Shown piece by piece: positions 8,119 through 16,931 of a stretch of DNA of 32,000 bases; position 1 is the stretch's first letter; every line of letters begins with the position of its first letter. This DNA is from Nitrososphaera viennensis EN76 (GTDB lineage: Archaea; Thermoproteota; Nitrososphaeria; Nitrososphaerales; Nitrososphaeraceae): NCBI RefSeq assembly GCF_000698785.1, contig NZ_CP007536.1:1650001-1682000 (forward strand), in the 5' to 3' direction. Both the position numbers and the translations under genes were made by a program. Under the pieces are notes generated by a model. It was not told the DNA's origin. It saw only the letters and a list, made by a program, of their open reading frames with translations, and searched no databases.

Positions 8119-8298
8119 TCAGATCGGAACCTCATACTCTGCATTTGGCAGGCACTTGTCACAGTACTTTTGAACTACCATGCAGCTTTCCAATTGAAAG
8201 AATACTTCTGTTGTCGCTAGTTCTTGACATATCCCGCAATATCCGGGAGATTTGTTCTTCCTTAACTGTATAGGCCTAGTTTGAAAAGGGCTTAGCAC
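8119..8298 (-). CDS. Cys-knuckle mini-protein, family member 3 of 3 (59 aa, GTG start; missed by ORF track)
   Basis: Hand translation: (V/M)LSPFQTRPIQLRKNKSPGYCGICQELATTEVFFQLESCMVVQKYCDKCLPNAEYEVPI*. Collinear with 620..802. The ORF 7986..8273(+) is its antisense shadow. Confidence 0.65.
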   Translation of the reverse strand: MLSPFQTRPIQLRKNKSPGYCGICQELATTEVFFQLESCMVVQKYCDKCLPNAEYEVPI

Positions 8299-8433
8299 TA
8301 TATGAGTGGTTAAATGCCGCTATTAAACCTTGCAATTATTTTATTTCACTTGGTTGAAGAAAGAAGCTCCATCAATACATGGAAAAGTGAGAGATGATTA
8401 TCAGTAGCGAACGCGCCTGCCCACCTGTAATTT

Positions 8434-8727
8434 TCACTGCAGCTTGATTATCTCATCCCACGTTCCAGTTGGCGAGAACATGAAGTACTTGTCGTGATCG
8501 CCCGATTCAAACTGCAATATGTCGCCGGCAGCTATTTGTGTCTTGAACAGCCGGTTCAAGTATTGCATGAAACTTGGACCTGCAACTATGCTCTTGGCCT
8601 CGTGCTCAAATGGCTGGTTGTAGTATTTTTTCAAAGTCTCTGTAAGCCCAATACTGCCGATTTCCTCAACTAGATCGGGTAGATCTATGAAGGTGGAATT
8701 TCTCTTGTATACTCTAATTTTTGCCAT
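8434..8727 (-). CDS. hypothetical 97-aa protein
   Basis: The ORF-track ORF has protein-like composition and is divergent from the mini-TRASH gene across a 121-bp TATA-containing spacer. No domain recognised. Confidence 0.55.
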   Translation of the reverse strand: MAKIRVYKRNSTFIDLPDLVEEIGSIGLTETLKKYYNQPFEHEAKSIVAGPSFMQYLNRLFKTQIAAGDILQFESGDHDKYFMFSPTGTWDEIIKLQ

Positions 8728-8848
8728 TACAAATCATTCTCTGTTATTTAACAGACAAGCATCGATATATGCATGTCAACCATGTTTACCCTGCGGCACA
8801 ATACACAGATTCTCTTTTATCAAAGACAATTCTGTACAATAACGAAAA

Positions 8849-8992
8849 ATGATAAGAAATTGCAAATCATGCGGTAAGGAATTCCAAGACTTTATTGAAG
8901 GAGTTGTATATACAACGTCAACGCATGGCTCACTGTATTTCTGTACCGACGTTTGCTGCAAGAATTACTTGGACAAAACTGTACAGGGGTGA
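8849..8992 (+). CDS. 47-aa TRASH/L24e-like zinc-binding mini-protein (below ORF-track cutoff)
   Basis: Hand translation: MIRNCKSCGKEFQDFIEGVVYTTSTHGSLYFCTDVCCKNYLDKTVQG*. The C-x2-C-x23-C-x3-C spacing is close to the TRASH pattern C-x2-C-x19-22-C-x3-C. A 'cttttatc' TATA-like element is ~35 nt upstream. Paralog at 10348..10485. Confidence 0.5.
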   Translation: MIRNCKSCGKEFQDFIEGVVYTTSTHGSLYFCTDVCCKNYLDKTVQG

Positions 8993-9024
8993 ATTCTGGC
9001 ACAGACTTCAGCCGTGCATATACA

Positions 9025-9993
9025 TTAACATGATAAGCTAGCATACAGGCTGTACAGATTGCCTGTCTTACTACTCACATAACTCCAAGTCTCGGGAGGG
9101 GTTGGCAACAGTTTGAAAGCATCTGTCTGTTGCTCATCCAGCGCCTCGTACACATATTGACCAATTACAATTTGGTTTGGTTGTGCAAAGCCCGTAATCT
9201 TGGATGCCATACTAATAGTATAGCCAAGAATGTCATGGTGCGCTTTTTTCACAGTTATTTTTCTGCCATCCACGACCAAAGACTGGACATCCCACCCATA
9301 TTGCACTACTACACTTTCCCCCACATCCATGCCGACACGAACGTCAAGTTCGGGATAGCCCTCTTGGTTTAGGATAATATTTAACCCCTCTTTCATCGCC
9401 CTGATCATGGATCTTGCACAGTGTACTGCATTGATACATGGTATATACGGATTAGATTTGTCCGAAACAACAAAAAATGCGAGTATTGCGTCGCCTAGAT
9501 ATTTCAATACGTAGCCGCCATATGTTGACACTATAAGTGACATTTCATGCGTAAATCCGCGGATTATTGCGGCTAACTTGTCTGGAGTCAAAGTCATTGA
9601 AAGCTTTGTGGAGCCGACTATGTCGATGTACAGTATCACAAAAGTGGCTTTAGACTCTGCCATTTTTTCAAGGACGTTCTGAGTATCTTCATTTGATATG
9701 TTAAATTCCATTTCTCCTTTCAATGACTTCCACATTGCCAATTGAGCCGACTTGATAATGTTCTCTATGTTGACAACTGCATCAAGGTAAAACATTCCCA
9801 ATGAAGATGTATCTGAGGCCTGTTTGATGGATTTTCTTTTCTTTTCCTCTTCAGCTATGGCATCTTTTATGACCCTATCAACTTCTTCCTTGCTAATATC
9901 AAGCTGCATTGCAATCACGTCTGGAAAAAGGCCTGCATGGTACAGATTCATTGCAGCTTGTTTTGTTGTTGCTCGCAACTTGGGTATATACAC
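9025..9993 (-). CDS. class III nucleotidyl (adenylate/guanylate) cyclase domain protein with N-terminal HTH-like module
   Basis: CHD motifs ILYIDIVGSTKL (metal Asp 1), VLKYLGDAILAFF (Lys plus metal Asp 2), LDVRVGMDVGESVV, and HDILGYTISMASKITG...IVIGQYVYEAL. The N-terminal ~50 aa (TKQAAMNLYHAGLFPDVIAMQLDISKEEVDRVIKD) resemble a sigma-r4/LuxR-type HTH. Confidence 0.8.
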   Translation of the reverse strand: MYIPKLRATTKQAAMNLYHAGLFPDVIAMQLDISKEEVDRVIKDAIAEEEKKRKSIKQASDTSSLGMFYLDAVVNIENIIKSAQLAMWKSLKGEMEFNISNEDTQNVLEKMAESKATFVILYIDIVGSTKLSMTLTPDKLAAIIRGFTHEMSLIVSTYGGYVLKYLGDAILAFFVVSDKSNPYIPCINAVHCARSMIRAMKEGLNIILNQEGYPELDVRVGMDVGESVVVQYGWDVQSLVVDGRKITVKKAHHDILGYTISMASKITGFAQPNQIVIGQYVYEALDEQQTDAFKLLPTPPETWSYVSSKTGNLYSLYASLSC

Positions 9994-10347
9994 ACACCTT
10001 TATTGAGTATCATTACAAGTCCATTCCTATTAACATGTGTGCTGTCTCTCTATCGTTTTGGCCGTAGGATTACCAATCCAGGTGGGATGCGCGCGCATGT
10101 GCGTCAAGTGCGCTATTTTTCCAAGAATGAGGTGCGTGAGTGGTGGAGACGGGTAGAGGCAACTAGGCCGATTTTCTTCTATAACCTGATTTTGCCTGCA
10201 CGCTTTTCTTTGTAGAGTTTTTACTTCTTTTTCTTATTTTTTCCAATGTTAGTAATAGGAGAGTTGCGGTACTTAAGGATACACGATAATGATAATGACG
10301 ACGGCATCTAAACCTTGTTGTTGTTTTTTGTCACTACTTTCCTTACC

Positions 10348-10485
10348 TTACAGGTGTGAATTAAGGTAATTTTTGCAACAGTCATCTGAACAGAAAGTCA
10401 TGAGTCCTCTGACAGTACTTGAATATCGTACTCCTTCAACGAGGTTCTGAAATTCCTTTCCGCATTCCCTTCAGGGCACGTACAT
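10348..10485 (-). pseudogene. TRASH/L24e-like mini-gene paralog interrupted by an in-frame TGA at the first Cys position
   Basis: Hand translation: MYVP*RECGKEFQNLVEGVRYSSTVRGLMTFCSDDCCKNYLNSHL*. It aligns without gaps to 8849..8992. Codon 5 (plus-strand 10471..10473, tca) is TGA where the paralog has Cys5 of C-x2-C. Confidence 0.4.
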
Positions 10486-10600
10486 ATATCTCACATACTA
10501 TGAGCACATCCTCCATAAGGTTGTTTGTTATTTTGAGTTAAATACACAAAACAAGAACTCGCTGCCACACGCATAGTCATGCGTCAAATTCCAGAAAGAA

Positions 10601-11590
10601 CTAGGCGCCGCGTATACCTTGCGCCACAAGTATAGAGTAGCATCCCAGGCCGCATTCCTCGCACAGGGGCTTCATGCTCTTGGTGTCGGCACTGCCGATG
10701 CAGCAGGGCTGCTTGACTCTTCCCATATGGTCAAGCGACAGTATTGCCCACGACGGGCAATCTACAGGCGTTGTTCCGACGCCGCCCCAGTTGCCTTTCA
10801 TAAGCGATAACTGCTTGACTGGGTTGATTACAAAGTCGGGATATTTTTTCTTCATTTCAATAATCTTGTCGACTACTCTGTTGCGCACAGCTCCGAAGGG
10901 GAGCATCAATGGATCTCCCTTGACAAAGGGTGTGTGGAACTGAAAGCCAATCTTGTTTACTTTTCCCCTCCATTCTTCTATCAATTCTTCAACGGTCATG
11001 TAATTTAGTGAGTTTATGGTCATTGTGATCCAAATGTCAGTCCATGCAGGCCTTCCGTCACGGTCTGGGCCTGCGACATAGTCTAGTATGTTCTTCTTTG
11101 TCTTGGCATACGCGCCTTCTCCCCTTATACTGTCATGCACTTTCTCGGTTCCATCCATAGACACCCAGTAGAAATACAGTCCGCTAAAGCGTCTTAGTGG
11201 AAAAGTCGCGTTTGTAACAACGCAGACCCTGCGGGGCATTTCCTTGCAAAAGACCTCTATGATATCTGGCCGTAACGTAGGCTCGCCTCCAACAAGCGTG
11301 ATGACAAATATCTTTTGTTTATTGAACTTGTCCCGGATAATGCCGCGCCAGTCTTCTACCGTCAGGTCCTGTTCTGCTTCTTTGCGGTTGAGCCACCAGT
11401 AGCAGTGCGTGCAGTGCAAATTACAAATATTGTTGACGTCTACAGAGCCGTACATCGGCTGCTTGCTCTTGAAGAGGCGATAAGCGATGATCTTTTTGAA
11501 AATGCTGATGTAAAAGGGCATCTCGTGCAGCAGTTCTGTTATGCCGCGGCCGTAGATGAGATTTACCATTCGTGTAGTAATAAAAGCCAT
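10601..11590 (-). CDS. radical SAM enzyme with C-terminal Cys cluster (HpnH-like architecture)
   Basis: CNLHCTHCYW is a CxxxCxxC motif. GGEPTL is the SAM-binding motif. The C-terminal DCPSW...QPCCIGS...CEECGLGCY is arranged like the C-terminal domain of HpnH-type rSAM proteins (from memory). Confidence 0.85.
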   Translation of the reverse strand: MAFITTRMVNLIYGRGITELLHEMPFYISIFKKIIAYRLFKSKQPMYGSVDVNNICNLHCTHCYWWLNRKEAEQDLTVEDWRGIIRDKFNKQKIFVITLVGGEPTLRPDIIEVFCKEMPRRVCVVTNATFPLRRFSGLYFYWVSMDGTEKVHDSIRGEGAYAKTKKNILDYVAGPDRDGRPAWTDIWITMTINSLNYMTVEELIEEWRGKVNKIGFQFHTPFVKGDPLMLPFGAVRNRVVDKIIEMKKKYPDFVINPVKQLSLMKGNWGGVGTTPVDCPSWAILSLDHMGRVKQPCCIGSADTKSMKPLCEECGLGCYSILVAQGIRGA

Positions 11591-12009
11591 CTCTGATAAT
11601 AAAGAGTCTCTCTCGCTCCGCTTCCTCTCATAAAAACACTGTCTAGCAAAAATGCGAACAAAAGTCTTTTGTCAATAGAACAGAAAATGCAACATCAGTA
11701 AGAGTTTCCATACTCACATAACGTACAGGAAAAAGGAGAGGACAACAAGATTGAGAAGTGGTAAAAGGTGAGAGGAGAGTAAAAGACAGCAAGAAGAAGA
11801 GGCTCTTTTGCTATTTTGCCGATCCCTGCATTACTTTCAATTTCACGATATTGTTGTAGTAGCTTCTCATTACTGCTGAATTGTAAAAAAGATATCCGTT
11901 CTTTGTGCTCATATGATGAACGTTATATTCACATTTCTAATTATGCCCTAGGAGATAATGCGGCAAGTTATAAGCGGGCTCTTTCTTCCATATCACAGGT
12001 AATTTTTTT

Positions 12010-12336
12010 ATGCAAAATAGCTTTCCAATGAAAGAATGGCATGTTGAACACATGCAAAAGGCGATGGTAAAATATGTCAAAGGTTTATCAGAGAATGCCT
12101 CCTCATTTGAGAAAAGGAATCACAAGAAATACGGCAGATTAACCCATATTTGTAGACAGATAGAATACGACATCAAGCACGGAGTTACCAACAAAGAGGT
12201 CATCTCGATGGTCCGGAAGATCCACGATGATTCGTCCTTTTCTGAACTGAGGAAAGGTGACGGCTCGATGCAGAGGCTGAAGGAGTTAGAAGTTCACTTT
12301 ATGAATCCTAGGAGAGGGTTCCAGCAGCCTTGGTAG
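12010..12336 (+). CDS. hypothetical 108-aa protein
   Basis: The ORF-track ORF has protein-like charged helical composition. No domain recognised. Confidence 0.5.
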   Translation: MQNSFPMKEWHVEHMQKAMVKYVKGLSENASSFEKRNHKKYGRLTHICRQIEYDIKHGVTNKEVISMVRKIHDDSSFSELRKGDGSMQRLKELEVHFMNPRRGFQQPW

Positions 12337-12571
12337 TACGAGATTATTTTATTTAGGTTCTCCTGTGTCTTTCTCATTCCTTATGGCTTATTGCAATTTT
12401 TCTATGCTTTTAACGGATAATAGGATCTTGCATTCTTTGAAGCGGTTTTATATCCGAGTTCATCTGCAAATCACCATCGTTCTTGGAAATTGAGTGAACT
12501 GAATCTTCTTTTTTGACCTCAAATCACATTACTGATTCAGATCACCAATACGAGGCTTTAAGGGTCTGTTC

Positions 12572-14767
12572 ATGCCAGTATATCTGGTTACTATTGTGAA
12601 AAGTAATGCTTTTTCATTAAAGATCCTTGAAGCGTATACGAGGGACGTAGGACGTGGCATCGCTCGCATAGATTATGAAGCCCTAGATTCGATTAAGGCA
12701 TCGGCCGGCGATATCATAGAAATCGCGGGGGGAAAGAGACGAATCATTGCCAAATGCCTGCCTCTCTACCCAAGCGATGAAGGCAAGGGAGTGATTAGAA
12801 TAGATGGCCTTGCAAGGAGTAATTCGGGAGTGGCCATAGGAGATACGGTAACGATAACAAAAGTAAAGGCGGTTCCAGCCGATAAAGTGATATTGGCGCC
12901 TCTAGAGTCGGTGCCCCAATTAGATGAGCACTACCTCGCAGACGTGCTAGACAATACTCCCCTTGTCAAGGGAGACAAGGTCACGGTACCGTACTTTGGA
13001 GGCAAGCTCACTTTTGAAGTAATACATGTAACCCCGGCATCTGTTCCTGTTCTCCCTAACAAGAAGACGATATTCCATATTGCAGAAAGTGACAGGGTTC
13101 GAGATGGTATAGCACAGGTCACCTATGAAGACATTGGCGGCCTGAAGGAAGAAATCCAGAAGGTCCGCGAGATGATAGAGCTCCCGCTCAGGCACCCCGA
13201 GATCTTTGAAAAGCTGGGAATCGAGGCGCCAAAAGGCGTACTGCTGTACGGCCCGCCAGGAACAGGCAAGACGCTGCTTGCAAAAGTGGTTGCCAATGAG
13301 ACTAATGCGCACTTCCTTAGCATTTCCGGGCCAGAGATCATGAGCAAGTTCTACGGCGAGTCCGAGGCAAGGCTTCGCGAGATATTCAAGGAGGCAAAGG
13401 AAAAGGCTCCATCAATCATATTCATCGACGAAATAGACTCTATTGCGCCAAAGAGGGAAGAGGTCATGGGAGAGGTTGAAAGGAGAGTAGTCTCTCAGAT
13501 GTTGTCTCTAATGGACGGGCTTGAGGCAAGGGGCAAGGTAATCGTAATTGCCGCAACTAACAGACAAAATGCGCTGGATCCAGCCTTGAGACGCCCCGGA
13601 AGGTTTGACAGAGAAATAGAGATCAAGGTGCCAGACAGGCGCGGAAGGTTAGAGATCCTCCAGATACACGCACACAATATGCCCCTGTATGAAGACGTGG
13701 ACCTATCCAGGATGGCAGCAATTACTCACGGCTTTGTTGGCGCAGACTTGGAGTATCTCTGCAAAGAAGCAGCCATGAAATGTCTGCGCAGGATGCTGCC
13801 TGAGCTCAACTTGGAAGACGAAAAGGTATCGTTGGAAAACCTCGATAGGCTGATAATAACCAAGGCAGACTTCGAACAAGCGATAAATGATGTCATGCCA
13901 TCCGCCTTGAGAGAAGTCTTCCTGGAGTCTTCCGATGTGAATTGGCGCGATATTGGCGGACTTGACGACGTAAAACAGGAATTGCAAGAGGCAGTAGAAT
14001 GGCCCTTGAAATATCCAGACCTGTATTCGACACTCGGCTACCGAGCGCCAAAAGGCATCATCCTTTATGGACCCTCAGGCACTGGAAAGACGCTGCTTGC
14101 AAAGGCGGTGGCGACCGAGTCTGAAGCCAACTTTATCAGCGTGAAGGGTCCTGAATTGATGAGCAAGTGGGTGGGAGAGTCTGAAAGAGGAATTCGGGAA
14201 CTATTCCGCAGAGCTAGGCAGGCCTCTCCCTGTGTAATCTTTTTTGACGAAATAGATTCAATAGCAGCGGCTAGGGGAAGTGAAGGCTCTGATGGTGGGG
14301 GCGGAGGGGTAGTCTCACAGATATTGACGGAGTTGGATGGCATCAGCGAACTTCGAGAAGTAGTTGTGATAGCTGCCACCAACAGGCCTGACATGATTGA
14401 CAAGGCCCTGTTGAGGCCCGGAAGATTTGACAAAATAGTCTTTGTTCCAAACCCGGATATCAAGACGAGATCAAATATCCTGCATATTCACGTAAAGGAG
14501 AAAAATCTAGGGGCCGAAATAAATCTGGAAAAGATAGCGACCATGACCGAAGGGTTTAGTGGTGCGGATGTAAGTGCCGTGGTAAACACCGCAGTATCAA
14601 TATTAGTCCAAGAGCATCTTGCAAATTATCCTGCTCCTGCAGAGGCAACGAAACACATATCCGAGGCAGAACTAACTATGCGCCACTTCGAGGAGGCGGT
14701 AAAGAAAATCAAAAAGCAAAGAGAATTGAAGCCTAGCGAGAAGGCAGTAATGTCACACTATGGATAA
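12572..14767 (+). CDS. cdc48: CDC48/VCP-type AAA+ ATPase (two AAA domains)
   Basis: CDC48 N-domain, then Walker A GPPGTGKT with Walker B IIFIDEID, and a second Walker A GPSGTGKT with [11 protein letters not shown] motifs [19 protein letters not shown] and [19 protein letters not shown]. Confidence 0.95.
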   Translation: MPVYLVTIVKSNAFSLKILEAYTRDVGRGIARIDYEALDSIKASAGDIIEIAGGKRRIIAKCLPLYPSDEGKGVIRIDGLARSNSGVAIGDTVTITKVKAVPADKVILAPLESVPQLDEHYLADVLDNTPLVKGDKVTVPYFGGKLTFEVIHVTPASVPVLPNKKTIFHIAESDRVRDGIAQVTYEDIGGLKEEIQKVREMIELPLRHPEIFEKLGIEAPKGVLLYGPPGTGKTLLAKVVANETNAHFLSISGPEIMSKFYGESEARLREIFKEAKEKAPSIIFIDEIDSIAPKREEVMGEVERRVVSQMLSLMDGLEARGKVIVIAATNRQNALDPALRRPGRFDREIEIKVPDRRGRLEILQIHAHNMPLYEDVDLSRMAAITHGFVGADLEYLCKEAAMKCLRRMLPELNLEDEKVSLENLDRLIITKADFEQAINDVMPSALREVFLESSDVNWRDIGGLDDVKQELQEAVEWPLKYPDLYSTLGYRAPKGIILYGPSGTGKTLLAKAVATESEANFISVKGPELMSKWVGESERGIRELFRRARQASPCVIFFDEIDSIAAARGSEGSDGGGGGVVSQILTELDGISELREVVVIAATNRPDMIDKALLRPGRFDKIVFVPNPDIKTRSNILHIHVKEKNLGAEINLEKIATMTEGFSGADVSAVVNTAVSILVQEHLANYPAPAEATKHISEAELTMRHFEEAVKKIKKQRELKPSEKAVMSHYG

Positions 14768-14822
14768 TCGAGGTTTTTTCTTCCATGGCTCATACATTTG
14801 CAAGTCTCCCACTACTCCTCTT

Positions 14823-15620
14823 CTATTCCAACAGTCTCTTTATCGAGACAGAAGCCAAGGCGACAAATGCGACCGTAGCCAACAGTAGCGCCGCAATATC
14901 AATCGGCAGATTCGCATAGTCTCCGGTGATGAGCATTGCCCTGATTGCATCGACAACATAACTCAGGGGATTAGCCAGCGACACGTACTGAAGCCATGCA
15001 GGCATGACGGCGATAGGATAGATGGCGTTGCTTGCAAAGAAAAGAGGCATCGTTAGAGCTTGGCCAATCCCCATCATCCTGTCGCGAGTCTTCATGTACG
15101 AGGCAAGTAGCATGGACAGGCTGGAAAAGCACATGGCAAACATCACCACCACTGCAAAAACCCCCGCGATGGCAGGCGGGTCGAGCCTTATCTCGACCCC
15201 GATTAAAAGGGCCAGCCCAAATATCATAATCGCCTGAAAGATTCCCCTCAAGCCAGCCGCAAGGGACTTGCCTAGAACTATGGACGCCCTTGGCGACGGC
15301 GTAGACAAAAGTCTAGTAAAGATTCCCACGTCGCGCTCCCAGACGACAGTGATGCCGTAAAAGATTGCTATGAACAAAACTGACTGGGCGAGGATTCCCG
15401 GCGTGATGAATTGGATGTAGGAAATGTCGCCGCCTATTTGCAGGGCCCTGATGCTGTTAAAGGTCGTGCCAAAGATCAGCAGCCAAAGCGCAGGCTGCAC
15501 CACTCTAGTCCATAGCTCGGTTGAATCGTGGCGTATCTTCCTTGCTTCCATTTCAGCCACGGTTATGGAACTGTGAAGGAACCTTCCGACGCTGCTGTTG
15601 TTGTTGCCGATGCTATTCAT
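14823..15620 (-). CDS. ABC-2 type transporter permease
   Basis: 265 aa with ~6 TM helices and typical ABC-2 topology. Its ATG overlaps the stop of the upstream ATPase gene (ATGA at 15617-15620). Confidence 0.85.
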   Translation of the reverse strand: MNSIGNNNSSVGRFLHSSITVAEMEARKIRHDSTELWTRVVQPALWLLIFGTTFNSIRALQIGGDISYIQFITPGILAQSVLFIAIFYGITVVWERDVGIFTRLLSTPSPRASIVLGKSLAAGLRGIFQAIMIFGLALLIGVEIRLDPPAIAGVFAVVVMFAMCFSSLSMLLASYMKTRDRMMGIGQALTMPLFFASNAIYPIAVMPAWLQYVSLANPLSYVVDAIRAMLITGDYANLPIDIAALLLATVAFVALASVSIKRLLE

Positions 15621-16777
15621 TTTGCATGTCTCACAAAATCGCGCCTTGCGCCGCTAGAGTGGCTGTTGTTGCTGTTGCGGGTTGTGATCATTTCTTCGTC
15701 ATCAAGCCTTCGGTTGGCATATTTCATGAAAACGTCATCCAAGGTAGGCTTGCTTACAGAAATGGATTCAATTCTGATTCCGCTGCTTCGAAAAGAATCC
15801 ATGATGTGCGGTATAGCTTCCTCTCCGTCCTTCACCAGAATCTGAATCGATGTTTCATTCTTCTCGTTATCATCATCGACGTCGTCGTCATTGGCTGCCG
15901 CCGCGACGACCGTGCCCAAACTCGTCAAGAATTGCAAGTTCTGCAGGCGTACGGCAGAGGCAAGATTTACAGTCACCCTGTCCCCGCCTCCGACGGCCCT
16001 TTTCAGTTCGGCGGGATTTCCCAGAACCGCTATCTTGCCTGCAGACATGATTGCTACTCTGTCGCACAGAGTATCTGCCTCTACCATGTCGTGAGTCGTG
16101 ATCAGGATAGTAGTGCCATAGTCTTGCCGCAACTGCTTGATGCTTTTCCATACCTGCCTCTTTGATGCAGGATCAAGTCCTATGCTTGGCTCATCCAAGA
16201 GCAGGATTCTTGGCCGGTTGACTAGCGCCTGGGCTATCTCCAGCCTGCGCATCATGCCTCCACTAAAATGTTTGACAAGGTCGTTCGCCCTTTCTGCGAG
16301 GCCCATGTACTGAAGCGCCTCGCGTATCCTCTCGTCGCGGTCTTGCTTGTTGACGTACGAAAGCTTGGAAAAGATCAACAAATTCTCGTATGCGGTGAGG
16401 TCAGCATCAACGGATATGCTCTGAGGCACGTATCCTAGCATACCCCTTACAGTCTGAGGTGATTTAGAGACGTCAACTCCAAAGACCTTTAGTCTGCCAG
16501 AAGTTGCCTTGGCTAGAGTAACGACCATTTTGATGGTACTGGTCTTGCCCGCGCCATTTGGTCCGAGAAGACCAAATATCTCTCCACGCGTTACCGAGAA
16601 ACTGATGTCGTCTACCGCGCGGACATTACCGCCGCGATAAGTCTTGATCAGGTTGTAGGCCTCAATAGCATTCTTTTTGTCCTGCGATAGCTGCTGCTCC
16701 TCTTCTTGCATCGTTTTGTTGCGGAGAGTGTTTTGTCGCGACGCACATATCAATTGATTCCCCTTCATGGACTCCAT
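15617..16777 (-). CDS. ABC transporter ATP-binding protein (DrrA/ABC-2 exporter type) with extended acidic C-terminal region
   Basis: Walker A GPNGAGKTS, signature FSGGMMRRL and Walker B LLLDEPSIGLD. The start may be the internal Met (MQEEEQQ, 16711). Confidence 0.9.
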   Translation of the reverse strand: MESMKGNQLICASRQNTLRNKTMQEEEQQLSQDKKNAIEAYNLIKTYRGGNVRAVDDISFSVTRGEIFGLLGPNGAGKTSTIKMVVTLAKATSGRLKVFGVDVSKSPQTVRGMLGYVPQSISVDADLTAYENLLIFSKLSYVNKQDRDERIREALQYMGLAERANDLVKHFSGGMMRRLEIAQALVNRPRILLLDEPSIGLDPASKRQVWKSIKQLRQDYGTTILITTHDMVEADTLCDRVAIMSAGKIAVLGNPAELKRAVGGGDRVTVNLASAVRLQNLQFLTSLGTVVAAAANDDDVDDDNEKNETSIQILVKDGEEAIPHIMDSFRSSGIRIESISVSKPTLDDVFMKYANRRLDDEEMITTRNSNNSHSSGARRDFVRHAK

Positions 16778-16931
16778 TCTAGACTTTTGTTAATAGTTAG
16801 TGACCATTATTCACGCCCGATGCTTTGGCTTATTCATCCGATTTCATTTTTCCAAAAAGACGAATTGAAGGCCACATTGATCGTGCATCTCCCGCACCAG
16901 ACTATATGATGCGCCTTTGAATGTGATTTAG

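Noticed and set aside
8434-8727. cNMP-binding-like motif (AAGDILQFESGDHDKYFMFSPTG) in the 97-aa protein near the cyclase, suggesting a Pycsar/CBASS-like effector
   Set aside because: The motif sits at the extreme C-terminus with no room for the phosphate-binding cassette. There is no TM, TIR or nuclease effector domain nearby. The resemblance is probably coincidental.
11730-11800. ~75-nt purine-rich (A/G) tract upstream of the radical-SAM gene
   Set aside because: It has no ORF, repeat unit or pairing partner. It may be promoter or UTR sequence, but I cannot assign a function.
15521-16165. 214-aa plus-strand ORF and several 60-105-aa ORFs in other frames
   Set aside because: They lie entirely inside the well-supported ABC ATPase and permease genes on the opposite strand. 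They are GC-rich shadow frames with Cys/Arg-rich junk composition.
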